Assembly: GCA_964016885.1 (NCBI GenBank)
Contig: OZ024742.1
Coordinates: 368,652,001-368,716,000 of the forward strand
Length of the DNA: 64,000 nucleotides
Direction: 5' to 3'
From: Eledone cirrhosa
Taxonomy: Eukaryota
Shown: positions 24,519 to 36,669 of the stretch, piece by piece
Position numbering within the stretch: position 1 is the stretch's first letter
Layout: every line of letters starts with the position of its first letter
The notes under the pieces: model-generated
Database searches by the model: none
What the model was told of the DNA's origin: nothing
The model's input: the letters and a program-made list of their open reading frames with translations, nothing else
Position numbers and translations under genes: made by a program

Positions 24519-25704
24519 CATTTTACATATAAATAGACAGACCACTACTGTAACTACTAGAGTGACAGGTACCTGAACAATGTGAGAGGACATACAGAAC
24601 CCCCGCTATGTACCACCTGATGGTTCCAGCAGACAGAGTAGAGGCAGTGTTATTCTGGAGGATAGCAAGAGAGGCACGTTCCAAGCACTCTTCTTACTCA
24701 TGGGGCTCACTCTTGTGGGTGGCCTGATAAACACTAGAAGATTCTACCATTATTGGTTCAATAACAAACCTATTGGAAAGTGGCCAATTCTTCAACAGCT
24801 TTGCAATCTTCCTTATAAAAAATTATGCTGGAAGATTTTCATATAAATAATAACCCTTTAAAATGGATGATTTTTTCTCACAGAACCTGAACCAGTTTTG
24901 CTGGGTTTAGTATCAAAATGGTTAAACAGGGCCACAGACTAAGTTTTGTTCTTGGGGAACTATAGTTAAATACCTAATGATATCCTGGAAAAACATGGGA
25001 GTCGGACTAAAAGAACACTGCCTCAAAAGGCCTCATCCAACCCATACCAGAATGGAAAAAGCTGACATAGAAAAGAGGACAATGATGATAGTGTTGTGTG
25101 TTGTTTTAGCAAAGACACCTCATGCAGTCTCAGTGTATCTATAAATACATGTTATAGATGGCAGACTTCTCTGTTGTAAGTCAGTGAAAAACTTGGCCCC
25201 AACAGCAGAATATTCAACATGTCTGCTATGCTGAAGTGTCCCAGATCTTTGTTGTCAGAGTTCAGTACCCTAAATATTAACTTGAACTTTCATTCTTCTG
25301 GCAATGTAGGAGGAGACAATAAAATGTACCACTGGGGTCAATTTAAGTGAAGCTCTCCTCAGAAATATTTCTGGTCTCATGCCTATATTAAAAACAATAA
25401 CTATACAAGTAGTGTAGTACTGAAAATGGTAAGGAATCAGACAAAATGCCTTGCATAGTTTATGTCTGAGTTCATATTCCACCACAGTTTAATTAAATCT
25501 TTGATTATCTCTTAACACCTTGTAATGATTTAGTAGAAAATATCTAAAACAGGTTCATTAATTCAAATGTTTATAGTATCTTTACTGGTGGACAGATTGT
25601 GAAAATTTGCAGTGTTAGAGCAAAAACTTTAATTTCTAATGTGATAGAGCCATAGTGTTGTTTTGTAGCTTTCAAGAATGTCTTATTACTCTGTTATTAC
25701 ATAC

Positions 25705-25849
25705 CGTGGTCACTGCTTCTGCAACTCCAGTCAGAACTGCTGGACGTAGAGAATGTATGAGGATCTTTTGCTCAAGGAGAACATGTAGTAGAATGGTCAT
25801 ACAATTCTCAGGACCAAGGTCTTTTAGCAGTGTAATGAATGAGGCTCCA
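25705..25849 (-). CDS. DENND4: DENND4 exon, cDENN ([49 protein letters not shown])
   Basis: CAG acceptor, GTATGT donor; 145 nt, phase 2 to 0; E.KIL.HSLRP..LT.V.EA motif. Confidence 0.96.
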
Positions 25850-26259
25850 CTGAGGAAAACAAAGGAAAATTAGGGAGATTACAAATACAACAAACGATAG
25901 AGTCAAAATAGTGAAATATATAAAAATGGTAATGTAGGCTTTGGTCCATCTCCAAGTTCTTGAATACCTTTCAAATCCACCCCTTCACCCCCTTCTAAAG
26001 CTCTTCTTTCTTTACACCCATCATCATTTTTTTCCTTACTATCATCAATATAACTTAAGAGGTTAAAATATTCACACAATCTTCTACACCAATGAAGTCC
26101 CTACCACCACCACTGGCTCTCTTTACATATAAGCAATCAACAGTTTGTGGATGGTGGACTCCATACAAAAATATTAGGTTTAGCTGGTCTCCTATAAGGT
26201 TGTATCTCACAGGAGGTGTCTCATGGCATGAAACATCTTAATCAAGAATACAATGTGTT

Positions 26260-28350
26260 ACTCTGGCCATCAACCCACGACATAATGATTTGATTAAACA
26301 CTGTTCAGAGACGTGCAACCAAATGAATACGCTACATCAGGCATCTACCATACGCTGAACACCTTACTTCCCTGGGCATGGATACATTAAAGCTCCGACG
26401 TCTAGCAACTCATTTGGTAAATACCCACAAAATCATTAACCATCTTGCCAACAACAACCCTGAGCACCTTTTTGAATTCCATGTGTCTAACGCATGTGGA
26501 CATGCCGACAAAGTCAGAGAACAGCATAGATCCCATGACTTTCGGAAATATTTTTTCATGCTCAGAGTTGCTAAATCATTGAACAAACTACCTGCATCAG
26601 TTGTTAGCTGAGTAGACACTGCATCCTTTAAAAGCTCCATGGAACAAACTACCTGCATCAGTTGTTAGCTGTCGAGACGCTGCATCCTTTAAAAAGTCCA
26701 TGGAACAAACTACCTGCATCAGTTGTTAGCTGCCGAGACACTGCATCCTTTATAACCTCCATGGAACAAACTACCTGCATCAGTTGTTAGTTGTCGAGAC
26801 AATGCATCCTTTAAAACCTCCATGGAACAAACTCCCTGCATCAGTTGTTAGCTGCCGAGACACTGCATCCTTTAAAACCTCCATGGAACAAACTACCTGC
26901 ATCAGTTGTTAGTTGTCGAGACAATGCATCCTTTATAACCTCCATGGAACAAACTACCTGCATCAGTTGTTAGTTGTCGAGACAATGCATCCTTTAAAAC
27001 CTCCATGGAACAAACTCCCTGCATCAGTTGTTAGCTGCCGAGACACTGCATCCTTTAAAACCTCCATGGAACAAACTACCTGCATCAGTTGTTAGTTGTC
27101 GAGACAATGCATCCTTTAAAGCCTCCATGGAACAAACTACCTGCATCAGTAGTTAGCTGCCGAGACACTGCATCCTTTAAAACCTCCATGGAACAAACTA
27201 CCTGCATCAGTTGTTAGCTGTCGAGACACTGAATCCTTTAAAACCTCCATGGAACAAACTACCTGCATCAGTTGTTAGCTGTCGAGACACTGCATCCTTT
27301 AAAACCTCCATGGAACAAACTACCTGCATCAGTTGTTAGTTGTCGAGACACTGCATCCTTTAAAGCCTCCATGGAACAAACTACCTGCATCAGTTGTTAG
27401 TTGTCGAGACACTGCATCCTTTAAAGCCTCCATGGAACAAACTACCTGCATCAGTTGTTAGTTGTCGAGACACTGCATCCTTTAAAACCTCCATGGAACA
27501 AACTACCTGCATCAGTTGTTAGCTGCCGAGACACTGCATCCTTTATAACCTCCATGGAACAAACTACCTGCATCAGTTGTTAGTTGTCGAGACACTGCAT
27601 CCTTTAAAGCCTCCATGGAACAAACTACCTGCATCAGTTGTTAGCTGTCGAGACACTGCATCCTTTAAAACCTCCATGGAACAAACTACTTGCATCAGTT
27701 GTTAGCTGTCGAGACACTGCATCCTTTAAAACCTCCATGGAACAAACTACCTGCATCAGTTGTTAGCTGTCGAGACACTGCATCCTTTAAAACCTCCATG
27801 GAACAAACTACTTGCATCAGTTGTTAGCTGTCGAGACACTGCATCCTTTAAAACCTCCATGGAACAAACTACTTGCATCAGTTGTTAGCTGTCGAGACAC
27901 TGCATCCTTTAAAGCCTCCATGGAACAAACTACCTGCATCAGTTGTTAGCTGTCGAGACACTGCATCCTTTAAAACCTCCATGGAACAAACTACTTGCAT
28001 CAGTTGTTAGCTGTCGAGACACTGCATCCTTTAAAACCTCCATGGAACAAACGACCTGCATCAGTTGTTAGCTGTCGAGACACTACATCCTTTAAAACCT
28101 CCATGGAACAAACGACCTGCATCAGTTGTTAGCTGTCGAGACACTGCATCCCTTAAAACCTCCATGCTTCCTGAGATTCACCAACACTACACCTAATATC
28201 CCCACTCCATGCACATGCACACATGTATATCATGACTCATACACTGTTCATTTTCCTGACATTTGTACATTATTCTAAGTACTATACATGCACCTTTGAG
28301 GAGTTGTAGTGCACCTGAGCACTGTACACAATAATTTCATTATTATTATT
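26260..28350 (+). mobile_element. 3' end of a CR1/L2-like LINE (degenerate ORF2 end, 3'UTR, (ATT)n tail) with internal 61-bp amplification
   Basis: VQRRATK, LPY.EHL..LG..TL..RRL, FF..RV...WNKLP..VVS.....SFK motifs; second 3'UTR copy at ~34935-35096. Confidence 0.85.
26581..28165. repeat. 61-bp minisatellite, ~26 copies (GGAACAAACTACCTGCATCAGTTGTTAGCTGTCGAGACACTGCATCCTTTAAAACCTCCAT)
   Basis: Period 61 (26641, 26702). Confidence 0.97.
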
Positions 28351-28829
28351 TTTATTAATAACCATTAAGCCATGCACCTTTATATCATTGTAGTCTTTCA
28401 AAACAGAAAAGAAATTGCATTTTATCACATCTATCTCTATCTCTCTTAAGAGGCTAAATGTAGAAGACAACATATATATTATATACAACTCGCTTTCCTT
28501 TCCTCCAGTACTAGACTGCTACTTTCTTTTATCAACTAATTAGATTAATTAGAAAATCTATAAATCTTGTGTTCAATAAGTTAAAATACATCACATATTT
28601 ATATTAAAGGAATGGTAATAATAGTTTTTTCTTTTCCATTTATTTTTCTCAAGAGCATTAATGATGTAAAGGAATTGAAACTATGTAGGTAAATTTAGTT
28701 CCCTTCATGTCAATATAGTTTTAATGCCCTTCTCACACATCATCAATACCCTCAAGACAGACAAATATTCCAATATTCCAAACTGTCGACATTCCTGCCA
28801 TATAAGTCTGAGACAATGTGTAACAAATT

Positions 28830-28865
<36 letters not shown>

Positions 28866-28871
<6 letters not shown>

Positions 28872-28976
28872 TAATAGATTAAAGTTTAAGCAAAGAATCA
28901 CTGCTTTCACCCTTAATGGGATCTTCTGAGGGTGAAAGCTGCGTTTCTTTGCTTAAACTTTAATCTGTTATTTTAA
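28866..28976. repeat. Inverted repeat, ~47-bp arms, at the start of a TA-flanked insert
   Basis: TTAAAATAATAGATTAAAGTTTAAGCAAAGAA...GCTTTCACCCT / AGGGTGAAAGC...TTCTTTGCTTAAACTTTAATCTGTTATTTTAA. Confidence 0.85.
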
Positions 28977-29066
28977 TAAATTTTTGCTCTACGGTTCTTA
29001 TATATTAGATATATATTTATCCTTATCGAGCCCTCTTTGGATTTTAGTCTTTACATTTATTATTAT

Positions 29067-29101
<35 letters not shown>

Positions 29102-29298
29102 GATAAATCTACCAAGAGTTTACGGTAGTGTCCAATCCGTATGAAGAACTCAATGTAATTGAACTCAATGTAAATGAATATGCATGCCAATCTAACACAT
29201 ATATGTCCTAGAAACGATCGTTAAATAATGAACTTTTTTTGTTTAATATAAGGAACTGTTTCATTGTTTTATTCATTATTTTTTTAATATTTTTTTTA

Positions 29299-29351
<53 letters not shown>

Positions 29352-29471
29352 ATAATTAACAAAGGAGGTGTGGTAAGGAACCAGATGGACCATAACGCAC
29401 CAGAGTACTCAATATTTAGGGTAGTAGAGTGGGTAATAGGAAAATGTTTAACCCCGACGGCAGGGATCAAG

Positions 29472-29582
29472 CCGCTACATCTCTTGTGTACCCATTGTTT
29501 GCATTTGGGGCAGAGAATGGAGTTCCTACCTACACCTTTCCTACATACTGAGCAAGGCCATTTCCCTGAGGGGATCTGGGTT
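29472..29582 (-). mobile_element. 111-bp internal fragment of the RTE LINE
   Basis: Reverse complement of 18009-18119 with no mismatch seen. Confidence 0.93.
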
Positions 29583-29912
29583 ATATATATATAAAAGTTA
29601 TACTTAAAACATCTTTATTCTACATATGTTTCAATATAGAGCGGTGAGCCATATCACGATATATACAAGGTATCTATTTATCACTCTACATATCTTCAGG
29701 TGTCAAGATATTCAGGTGTCAACTGTATTACACCACCATAAAGGTACATATAGTCTTAGTTATATATACAGGAATCCACAAACTTTACTCTATACCCTGT
29801 CTATTGTATAGAATACTCCCAGCATCAATTGGCTGTTAAAATGGTCTTAATGTTAACAGTGATGGAAGGTTAATATTGATAAAACAACACATGATTAGGG
29901 CTATATACTCAC

Positions 29913-29968
29913 CTTTGAGGTAAAGGTGAGTCTTCCGGCATAGATAGAGAGAGGGCTTCATGGTTCAA
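29913..29968 (-). CDS. DENND4: DENND4 exon (LNHEALSLSMPEDSPLPQ)
   Basis: TTTCAG acceptor, GTGAGT donor; 56 nt, phase 0 to 2. Confidence 0.9.
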
Positions 29969-30128
29969 CTGAAATAAACATTATTATAACAAATTATAAT
30001 GAAGAACTTAATGAAACTTCTTAGAAAACTTTCATATTAATTTTATGTAACATAAATTTAACACAGTTTTGTGTCATAGAACCAGGATGTCTAACGCTAC
30101 TCAATTATAGATGAAAAAGACAAATTAC

Positions 30129-30195
30129 CTGTACAAGAATTCTTGGCCTTTGGGGAGATGGGTAAGGAACATCAAACATGAAATGAGAAATATGC
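30129..30195 (-). CDS. DENND4: DENND4 exon ([22 protein letters not shown])
   Basis: TTTCAG acceptor, GTAATT donor; 67 nt, phase 2 to 0; [13 protein letters not shown] motif. Confidence 0.95.
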
Positions 30196-30271
30196 CTGAA
30201 ATAAGAAAACATTATTATTATTATTTGAAACTTCCTTTGAATTCTGCTTTTTTCCCAAATAATGCCGTGTG

Positions 30272-30477
30272 TTAACCCTTTACCATTCACATTATTCTAT
30301 ATTTACTATTGTATTTTCACAGTAAAGGCTTTATTTCACATAATGTTGAATCTATGAGTTTTTGTGTCATTTGTTTTGAGAACAATACGTTAATGTCAGT
30401 ATGAGCAGCCAGTTATGACCAGTGAACAGAAGGAGGTGAGAGAATTCTGGCCGGATATGGCTGATTTGAATGCTAAA
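30272..30477 (+). mobile_element. piggyBac-type MITE (family A), right end damaged
   Basis: TTAACCCTTTA start; body homologous to 12310-12513. Confidence 0.75.
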
Positions 30478-30499
30478 CCTGAGGCAAAATTTGGTAATC

Positions 30500-30805
30500 C
30501 CCACATTGTACAATCAATTGTCATAGAGATGCCACAAGGACACGAACAACAGTAAATGTCTCTACAAAGTTTTCATACTGCCCATGCCCTTCCCAGGACA
30601 TGGGCAGTACCAGTCAGCAATATCTTCTGTATCTTTTGCACAGATGGCTTTCCAGGTATCTGGTCCAAATATTTTTCAGCTCCCTTTTTTATCATTCCAA
30701 ATGCACTGACTATCACTGGTATTGTACAGGCCTTAAGATGCCATATTTTCTCAATTACAATTGATAGATCTTTATACTTATTGAGCTTTCCAAACTCTTT
30801 TGAGT
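30500..30805 (-). mobile_element. 3' relic of an R4/Dong-like (REL endonuclease) non-LTR retrotransposon
   Basis: KE..K..KY.DL...I..IW......IPVIV.A.G...IQKI.L.GTAHVL resembles the C-terminus of REL-type LINEs. Confidence 0.7.
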
Positions 30806-31255
30806 TATCATCATCATCAGTTACAGCAGCCATTCCTAAACTCATTTTGTCATAGAACCCAGTCTTTTACAATCTCTTCTACATTAATTTTAATAAGACA
30901 TTATTACAATACACCGAGTACACTCTGTAAACTGGTTGATGGTAGAAAAGGCATCCAGCCATAGAAAACTTGCCAAACAATGGGTCGGGAAAAGCCTCCA
31001 CACATGGCCAGCCATCTCACCCCATTTCTCTACATTACCTTCATCACTGACTCTATTCCTCTCATCCAGTCACTTCCATCCTGCCTCCACACATGACCCA
31101 GCCATCTCATCCTCAACAATTTACTATGTCTTCCTCTAAGCGATACTCTACCCGTCCCCCACCACTGGACCATTCTCATTTCCATTCTTTCCAAGTTATA
31201 TATAAAACAGATACTTGAAACTATGAAACAAAGGAGAGTTATCAATTCTACAAAC

Positions 31256-31500
31256 CTCTCAATTGGAACATTATAAGGGCCTGTTATTGATATTCTATAG
31301 AGGTATGATAGGAACTTCTTGAAAGCATCAAAGAAAGGCCAACGTGAAAGAAGACAAATACACTTGTTGGAATGTACTGTCTTCGGAATGCGATACTGCT
31401 CGCGGATATGTTTGTTTTTCAGACCCAAATGGCGTAGTTGTAAATCTGTCAACTTTTCTTCAGGGAATTCTTCATAGAATGACACTGCTGCCCCATATGC
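31256..31500 (-). CDS. DENND4: DENND4 exon, uDENN ([11 protein letters not shown]...[37 protein letters not shown])
   Basis: TAG acceptor, GTTTGT donor; 245 nt, phase 0 to 2; YGAA..FYE and [14 protein letters not shown] motifs. Confidence 0.96.
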
Positions 31501-31544
31501 CTACAATTATATGAGAAAAGTAAATTAAAAATGAAATCACAATA

Positions 31545-32048
31545 ATAATGGTTTCTGATTTAGTCACAAGGTCAATAATTTGGAGGGGGGGGGGGGGGGG
31601 GGAGAAAGTCGATTAAATCTACCCCAGTACATTGCTGGTATGTTATGTTATCAACCCCATAAGGATGAAGGCAAAGTTAACCTCAGCGGACTTTGATGAA
31701 ATAATTGTTTCTACTTTTGGCACAAGGCCAGCAATTACCCAGTACATTACTGGTACTTTATTTTATCAACCCCCGTAAGGATGAAAGGCAAAGTTAACCA
31801 CGGCGGGATTTGAACTCAGAATGGTAAGGGCCATAACTCAATGTGTCAAAGCATGGCATCCGATCCTCTACCGATACTGCCAATTCACCGCCTTTGATGA
31901 AATAATAATAATGGTTTCTGATAGGTGCAAGGCCAACAATTTTGGAGGGAAGGAAAACTCACTTAAATCGACCCCATTGCGTCACTGGTTATTTATTTAT
32001 TGACCCAGTAAGGATGAAAGGCAAAGCTAACCTCGGCTGGATTTAATG
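31545..32048 (-). mobile_element. Cluster of three partial SINE copies
   Basis: CCCAGTACATT.CTGGTA...AAGGATGAA(A)GGCAAAGTTAACC-like segment three times; B-box complement GGATTTGAACTC at ~31807. Confidence 0.7.
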
Positions 32049-32721
32049 AAATAATAATAATGAATTAAAGCCAGTGATAGAAAAGTTGGCATCTTAAGAA
32101 TTAAGGAAGCCTTGCTCATACATAGACTCAACCCACAAATAAATAATAGATTAAAACTTAGCACACAGTACTTGACATAAAAATACACACCCACAGGCAC
32201 ACAAACTAAACATCTCATGCAAAAAAGAAAATTGATTTCACGAAATACTATATTGGCAATTGACGTCATTCTTGTGGAGAGCGAAATAACCATAAAAAAA
32301 TGCTTGAAAACGACTTAGAAAAATTTAAATCAAAATCAAAATTTTATCCCAAAGAGAGGAAATTGGAACATTATCCACTGAAAGTTCTTTAAACTCTAAG
32401 GAGGGACTTTTAGGTCCCGAAATATTGGACAGAAAACAGAACAACAAAAAACAAAGATTACCAGGTAACTTACTATTCCTTACCTCACCTTACAGTCCAT
32501 TTTGCATTGTTTAGCCTTCTCTTTCAACGTTATAAATTATATAGAATGCGTCAAGTAAACTACAACATTTTATTAAATATAATAAGGTTTAGAAGTAATC
32601 TAAATGTTTCAAAGTATTGTTTTTAAGTCAATGTTTCCATCAGTGTTTCCAGTGTTGACACTATCTGATGGTCACAACTCATAGCAAATGGAGCAACATG
32701 AAATAAAGTATTTCTCTCATG

Positions 32722-33047
32722 AATGGAGGCACATGGCTTAGTGGTTAGAGCATTGGCCTTGCAATCGAAAGGTTGTGAGTTCAATTCTCAGACCGGGTGA
32801 TGTGTTGTTTCCTTGAACACATTGCTCCAGTTTACTCAGCTGTAGAAATGGGATGATAGGACTGGGGTCCCTATCATTCCACTGCAAAGTGGTCGTGGAG
32901 GTGCCACGACAAAAAAGCACCCAGCACTCACTGTAAATGAGGTTGGCGTTAGGAAGGGCATCCAGCTGTAAAAATCAAGCCAGAATCAGTTCCCGTCCTA
33001 CCCTTGCAAGCAGGGAAAAGCGGACGTAAAAATGATGATGATGATGA
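32722..33047 (+). mobile_element. Apparently full-length tRNA-SINE with RTE-derived 3' tail
   Basis: A-box TGGCTTAGTGG, B-box GAGTTCAATTC; 3' half matches RTE 3'UTR 18862-19130; ends in (GAT)n. Confidence 0.88.
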
Positions 33048-33174
33048 ATGCACGACCTTAGGATCATTAGTCCAACTCCTTACACACAAGTGTGCACTAT
33101 ATATTTTCTCTAAACTGTACATGTGTTTATTTGTAAACTGGTGCGCTAAGTTGTATCCCTTTATATCAAAGATG

Positions 33175-33322
33175 ACGGCAGCAAATTATCAGAGTTGTAG
33201 AATGTCAGATAGAATGATTTATGGTATTCGTTCCTGCTCTCTGAGTTCAAATCTTGCCGAGGTCAACTTTGCCTTTCATCATCTCGAGGTCGATAAAAAA
33301 AGTACCAGTCAAGTACTGGGGT
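33175..33322 (+). mobile_element. tRNA-SINE, second family
   Basis: CTGAGTTCAAATCTTGCCGAGGTCAACTTTGCCTTTCATC...GTACCAGT; related copies at 35130-35275, 34680-34790 (-) and 25425-25490. Confidence 0.75.
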
Positions 33323-33609
33323 TCTTCCTCTATATCTCTTCCTCATTTCCTTCAAGTTCTTCCTCTATATCTCTTCCTCATTTCCTCTCTTTCACTTTCT
33401 ATCTTTCTCTGGAACAAATCTGCTGTACTCAGGCCTGAAGAGGAATGGGCTCCACCAAGCTTAAAATGCCCCCAAAATACTGTATGTCAATACGGTGTCC
33501 CTATGACTATCAGAAGTTATGGGACCATATATACATATCAAAGATATTAATTTAGCAATTTGATAGAATGAGGGTCAGTAAAATAAATGCTGGGGTCGAT
33601 ATTGACTGA

Positions 33610-33825
33610 TTAACCCTTTAGCATTTAAACCAGCTGTATCCAACCAGGATTCTCTCAACTCTTTCTGTTCAAACTAGCCATAACTTGCTACTCATACATA
33701 TGTTAAGGTATTGTTCTCAAAATAAATAATATCAAAATCTCATAGATTCGATATTATGTGAGATAAAGCCTTTATCGTGAAAATACAATAGTAAATATAG
33801 AGTAATGTATATTGTAAAGGGTTAA
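33610..33825 (-). mobile_element. piggyBac-type MITE (family A), inverted orientation
   Basis: TTAACCCTTTAGC ... TAAAGGGTTAA; body is the reverse complement of the 12310 copy. Confidence 0.82.
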
Positions 33826-33934
33826 ACAACAAAACCTTGAATATGGTGCTTCAGCATGGCCACAATTTAGTGACAGAAACCAGTAAAAAGATGAAAAAAA
33901 GTAAAAATGAAAGTTTATTGAACGTAATACATAC

Positions 33935-34104
33935 TTTTTCACCACCGTAGGTTGTCAGAATGAATGTTGAAAATACCGGGAGAGGATGCTGAGCCTTAGC
34001 GGGCCAACACTCAATTGTGGCTCCCATAGGCAAACAAAAGAGGGGTACTGATTCAGGAAGTGGATAATTGTCATAATCTCCTTCTGGAAATCGGCCTAGA
34101 ATAG
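33935..34104 (-). CDS. DENND4: DENND4 exon, uDENN ([57 protein letters not shown])
   Basis: TTTTCAG acceptor, GTATGT donor; 170 nt, phase 1 to 0; [19 protein letters not shown] motif. Confidence 0.97.
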
Positions 34105-34934
34105 CTGAAAATAGCAAAGTTATACAGTTAACGACAATCTATCTATTTTATTGAACATATTTAAATTAATAACAGAAAAATAATATTAAAAAGGAAAAAA
34201 AACCTCTCACATAGTAAATTAACTCTTCCATTGCCATAGTTGGAATGAAATATGCTGCCTATGATTTTCAAATAATTTTGAAAATAATCAATAATTTGGA
34301 GGGATTTAATAAAATAACTATTTTTCTCATTAATTGTTTGGTGTTTGGAACATACCTTGAGGTTTTACATTAAATTATGATGGAAGGTATTTACATAAAT
34401 ATAAACACTTTAAAATAAACAGTTTTGTATTGTAAAAGCAGAGATGGTTCCAGGCAGTTTGGTATCAAAAGGGTTAAAGTATTTATATCCGAGTCACAGA
34501 AATATTCCATCTATTGTTGTCGTTATTTTACTACACTGGCATAAGGTGATTGGGGTACTTTAGAGGGTGACACTGTGTCTTGGGTATTTTTAACCTGGTG
34601 CAATCCATCCTCTCTCCAAGTCTGAGCATAGCTGATTGCTTCCAGGGAAGGAGAGAGAGAGAGAGAGTGATAGAGAGGAAGAATCGACCCCAGTATTAGA
34701 CTGGTATGGAAAAATGAAAGACAAAGTTGAAGTCAAAGAATAGAGAGCTAGAATAAATACTGTAAAGTATTCTGTCCAATGTTCTAATGACAATTTATCA
34801 CTTTACCAGTAATATACCAATGCAATAAATCCTACATCTACCCTTAAGTATTGCAGCCTAGTTTCCAAAGCTATGAAATTATGCAGCCGTTATATCATAG
34901 AATAGAAACAGAAGTTATATATAAGAAATTTGCC

Positions 34935-35096
34935 AAAACTACACCTGATGTCCCCTTTCCATACACATGCAGACGTGTATATCATGACTCGTGCACTGTT
35001 CATTTTCCTGACGTTTGTACATTACCCTATGTACTATATATACACTTTTGATGAGTTGTAGTGCACCTGAGCACTGTACACAATATTTTCATTATA
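34935..35096 (+). mobile_element. CR1/L2-like LINE 3'UTR fragment
   Basis: Homologous to 28185-28350 (GAGTTGTAGTGCACCTGAGCACTGTACACAATA). Confidence 0.75.
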
Positions 35097-35777
35097 TTGA
35101 AAATAACAAAGTCGTCGTCATTATTTTAGGGTTGGACGCCATGCTTTCTAGCATAGTTACGTCCCTTTACAGTCTGAGTTCAAATCCCATGAGGTTAACT
35201 TTGACTTACATCCTTACGGGGTTGATAAAATAAAGTACCAGTAATGTACTGGATAAATGCTGGCCTTGTACCAAAAGTAGAAATAATTATTTTATATCTG
35301 TTTTCCATGCTAGCATCAGTTGGATGAGCTGTCACGGTAGAATGACTGATCTCTGAAACAGGTTGTAAGACTATACCTCACTTACATATTCCATTTTTAG
35401 CATGGTTTCTACGGCTAGATACCTTTCCTAACATTAATAATATTGTTTTTATAACTTTTTACTTCATTATGTGTGTACTGTATCTCCATTGTAATGGCAC
35501 CAACACTAGAGAGGTTGTCATAACCTCAGCAAAACTAAACAATCTTCTCTTCGTTCTCCCTTTGCATACTTTTCACATCATTTGTCCATGCAGCAATAAC
35601 TTTTTTCAATATGTATTTAATATTATTTTCCCATAATATGACTTTAGCATCAATGTTATTTCTATGGTTGTATGTTGAAGTGTAACAGCTTATGGTTCAC
35701 AACCTCACAATTGAAGTTTAATAGAAATATATGAATAAATAACCAATATATGATAAAGTTTCAATCAATTTACTAAC

Positions 35778-35847
35778 CAGGTTTATATGCAAGAACATCT
35801 GTTTTAGTCATAGCCTTCTTGTAACACAGGTAAACATCTGAACCCAC
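35778..35847 (-). CDS. DENND4: DENND4 exon, end of MABP region (VGSDVYLCYKKAMTKTDVLAYKP)
   Basis: TTTCAG acceptor, GTTAGT donor; 70 nt, phase 0 to 1; GS.VYLCYKK motif. Confidence 0.93.
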
Positions 35848-36669
35848 CTGAAATATAATTTATAACAGTAAGTCTCATTGAAACAAAAATTAACATTCAG
35901 TATCATCATCATCTTTTAATGTCTGTTTTCCATGTTGGCATGGGTTGGACAGGTTGTTACATAATGACACGGGTCTCACTCATACATTCCATTTGGCAGG
36001 ATTTCTACAGCAGGATACCCTTCCTAATGCCAAACACTTTACAGCATGTAATGAATGCATTGTATTGTGGCAGCAACACTAGGGCAACTGTTGTGTGCTC
36101 AGCCGAGCAGAGAGAGCGGGGTGTAATATGATAAAGAGGGTGGGAGCAGGGGTAAGACCATAGCTAAAGAGGTGTGGGGGGGGAGTAGTAATGGCAGCTA
36201 CATGTTACTGGTCAAGGGAGAAGGAATGAAAGTGAAAGGAAGATAGAGGGGGGTGGGCGTTAAAGAGCGTGAGAGTGATGACAGTCACCAGATAGTGAGG
36301 GGAGAGGGTTAGATTGATTAGATCATGGATATAAGTAAGGATAAGGTACTCCATCTTGTGTGGGAAACATCTTTTAGAAAATATGGGGTAAGTGGACAGA
36401 TGGCCTTCAGAGGGTGAAAGGGGGTCAGACAGAAGTCAAGATATCCCAGAGTGGGCAGTGAATATAAGAGGGAGGTGGAGATGATGTTATAGGAAATTAT
36501 ACTTCTAAATTATATTTCTAAAAAATACAAGTTATGACATTTGAAATATTGGAATCAAAACACCTTGATAAACGGTAGAACAACTTATTTCAATATTTAA
36601 TAGGAAAAAAAAATTGAAAAATAGGACTTCATTGTTCCATTTTTCATGCTACCATAATTTTCTTGTTTA

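Noticed and set aside
24572-24790. GC-richer segment with a CAG/GTACC donor-like site on the minus strand, possible extra exon
   Set aside because: The flanking exons already join in phase into continuous cDENN sequence, and I see no DENN-like translation
32722-32790. Possible tRNA gene
   Set aside because: Has A/B boxes but no proper acceptor stem and continues into a SINE body and RTE tail
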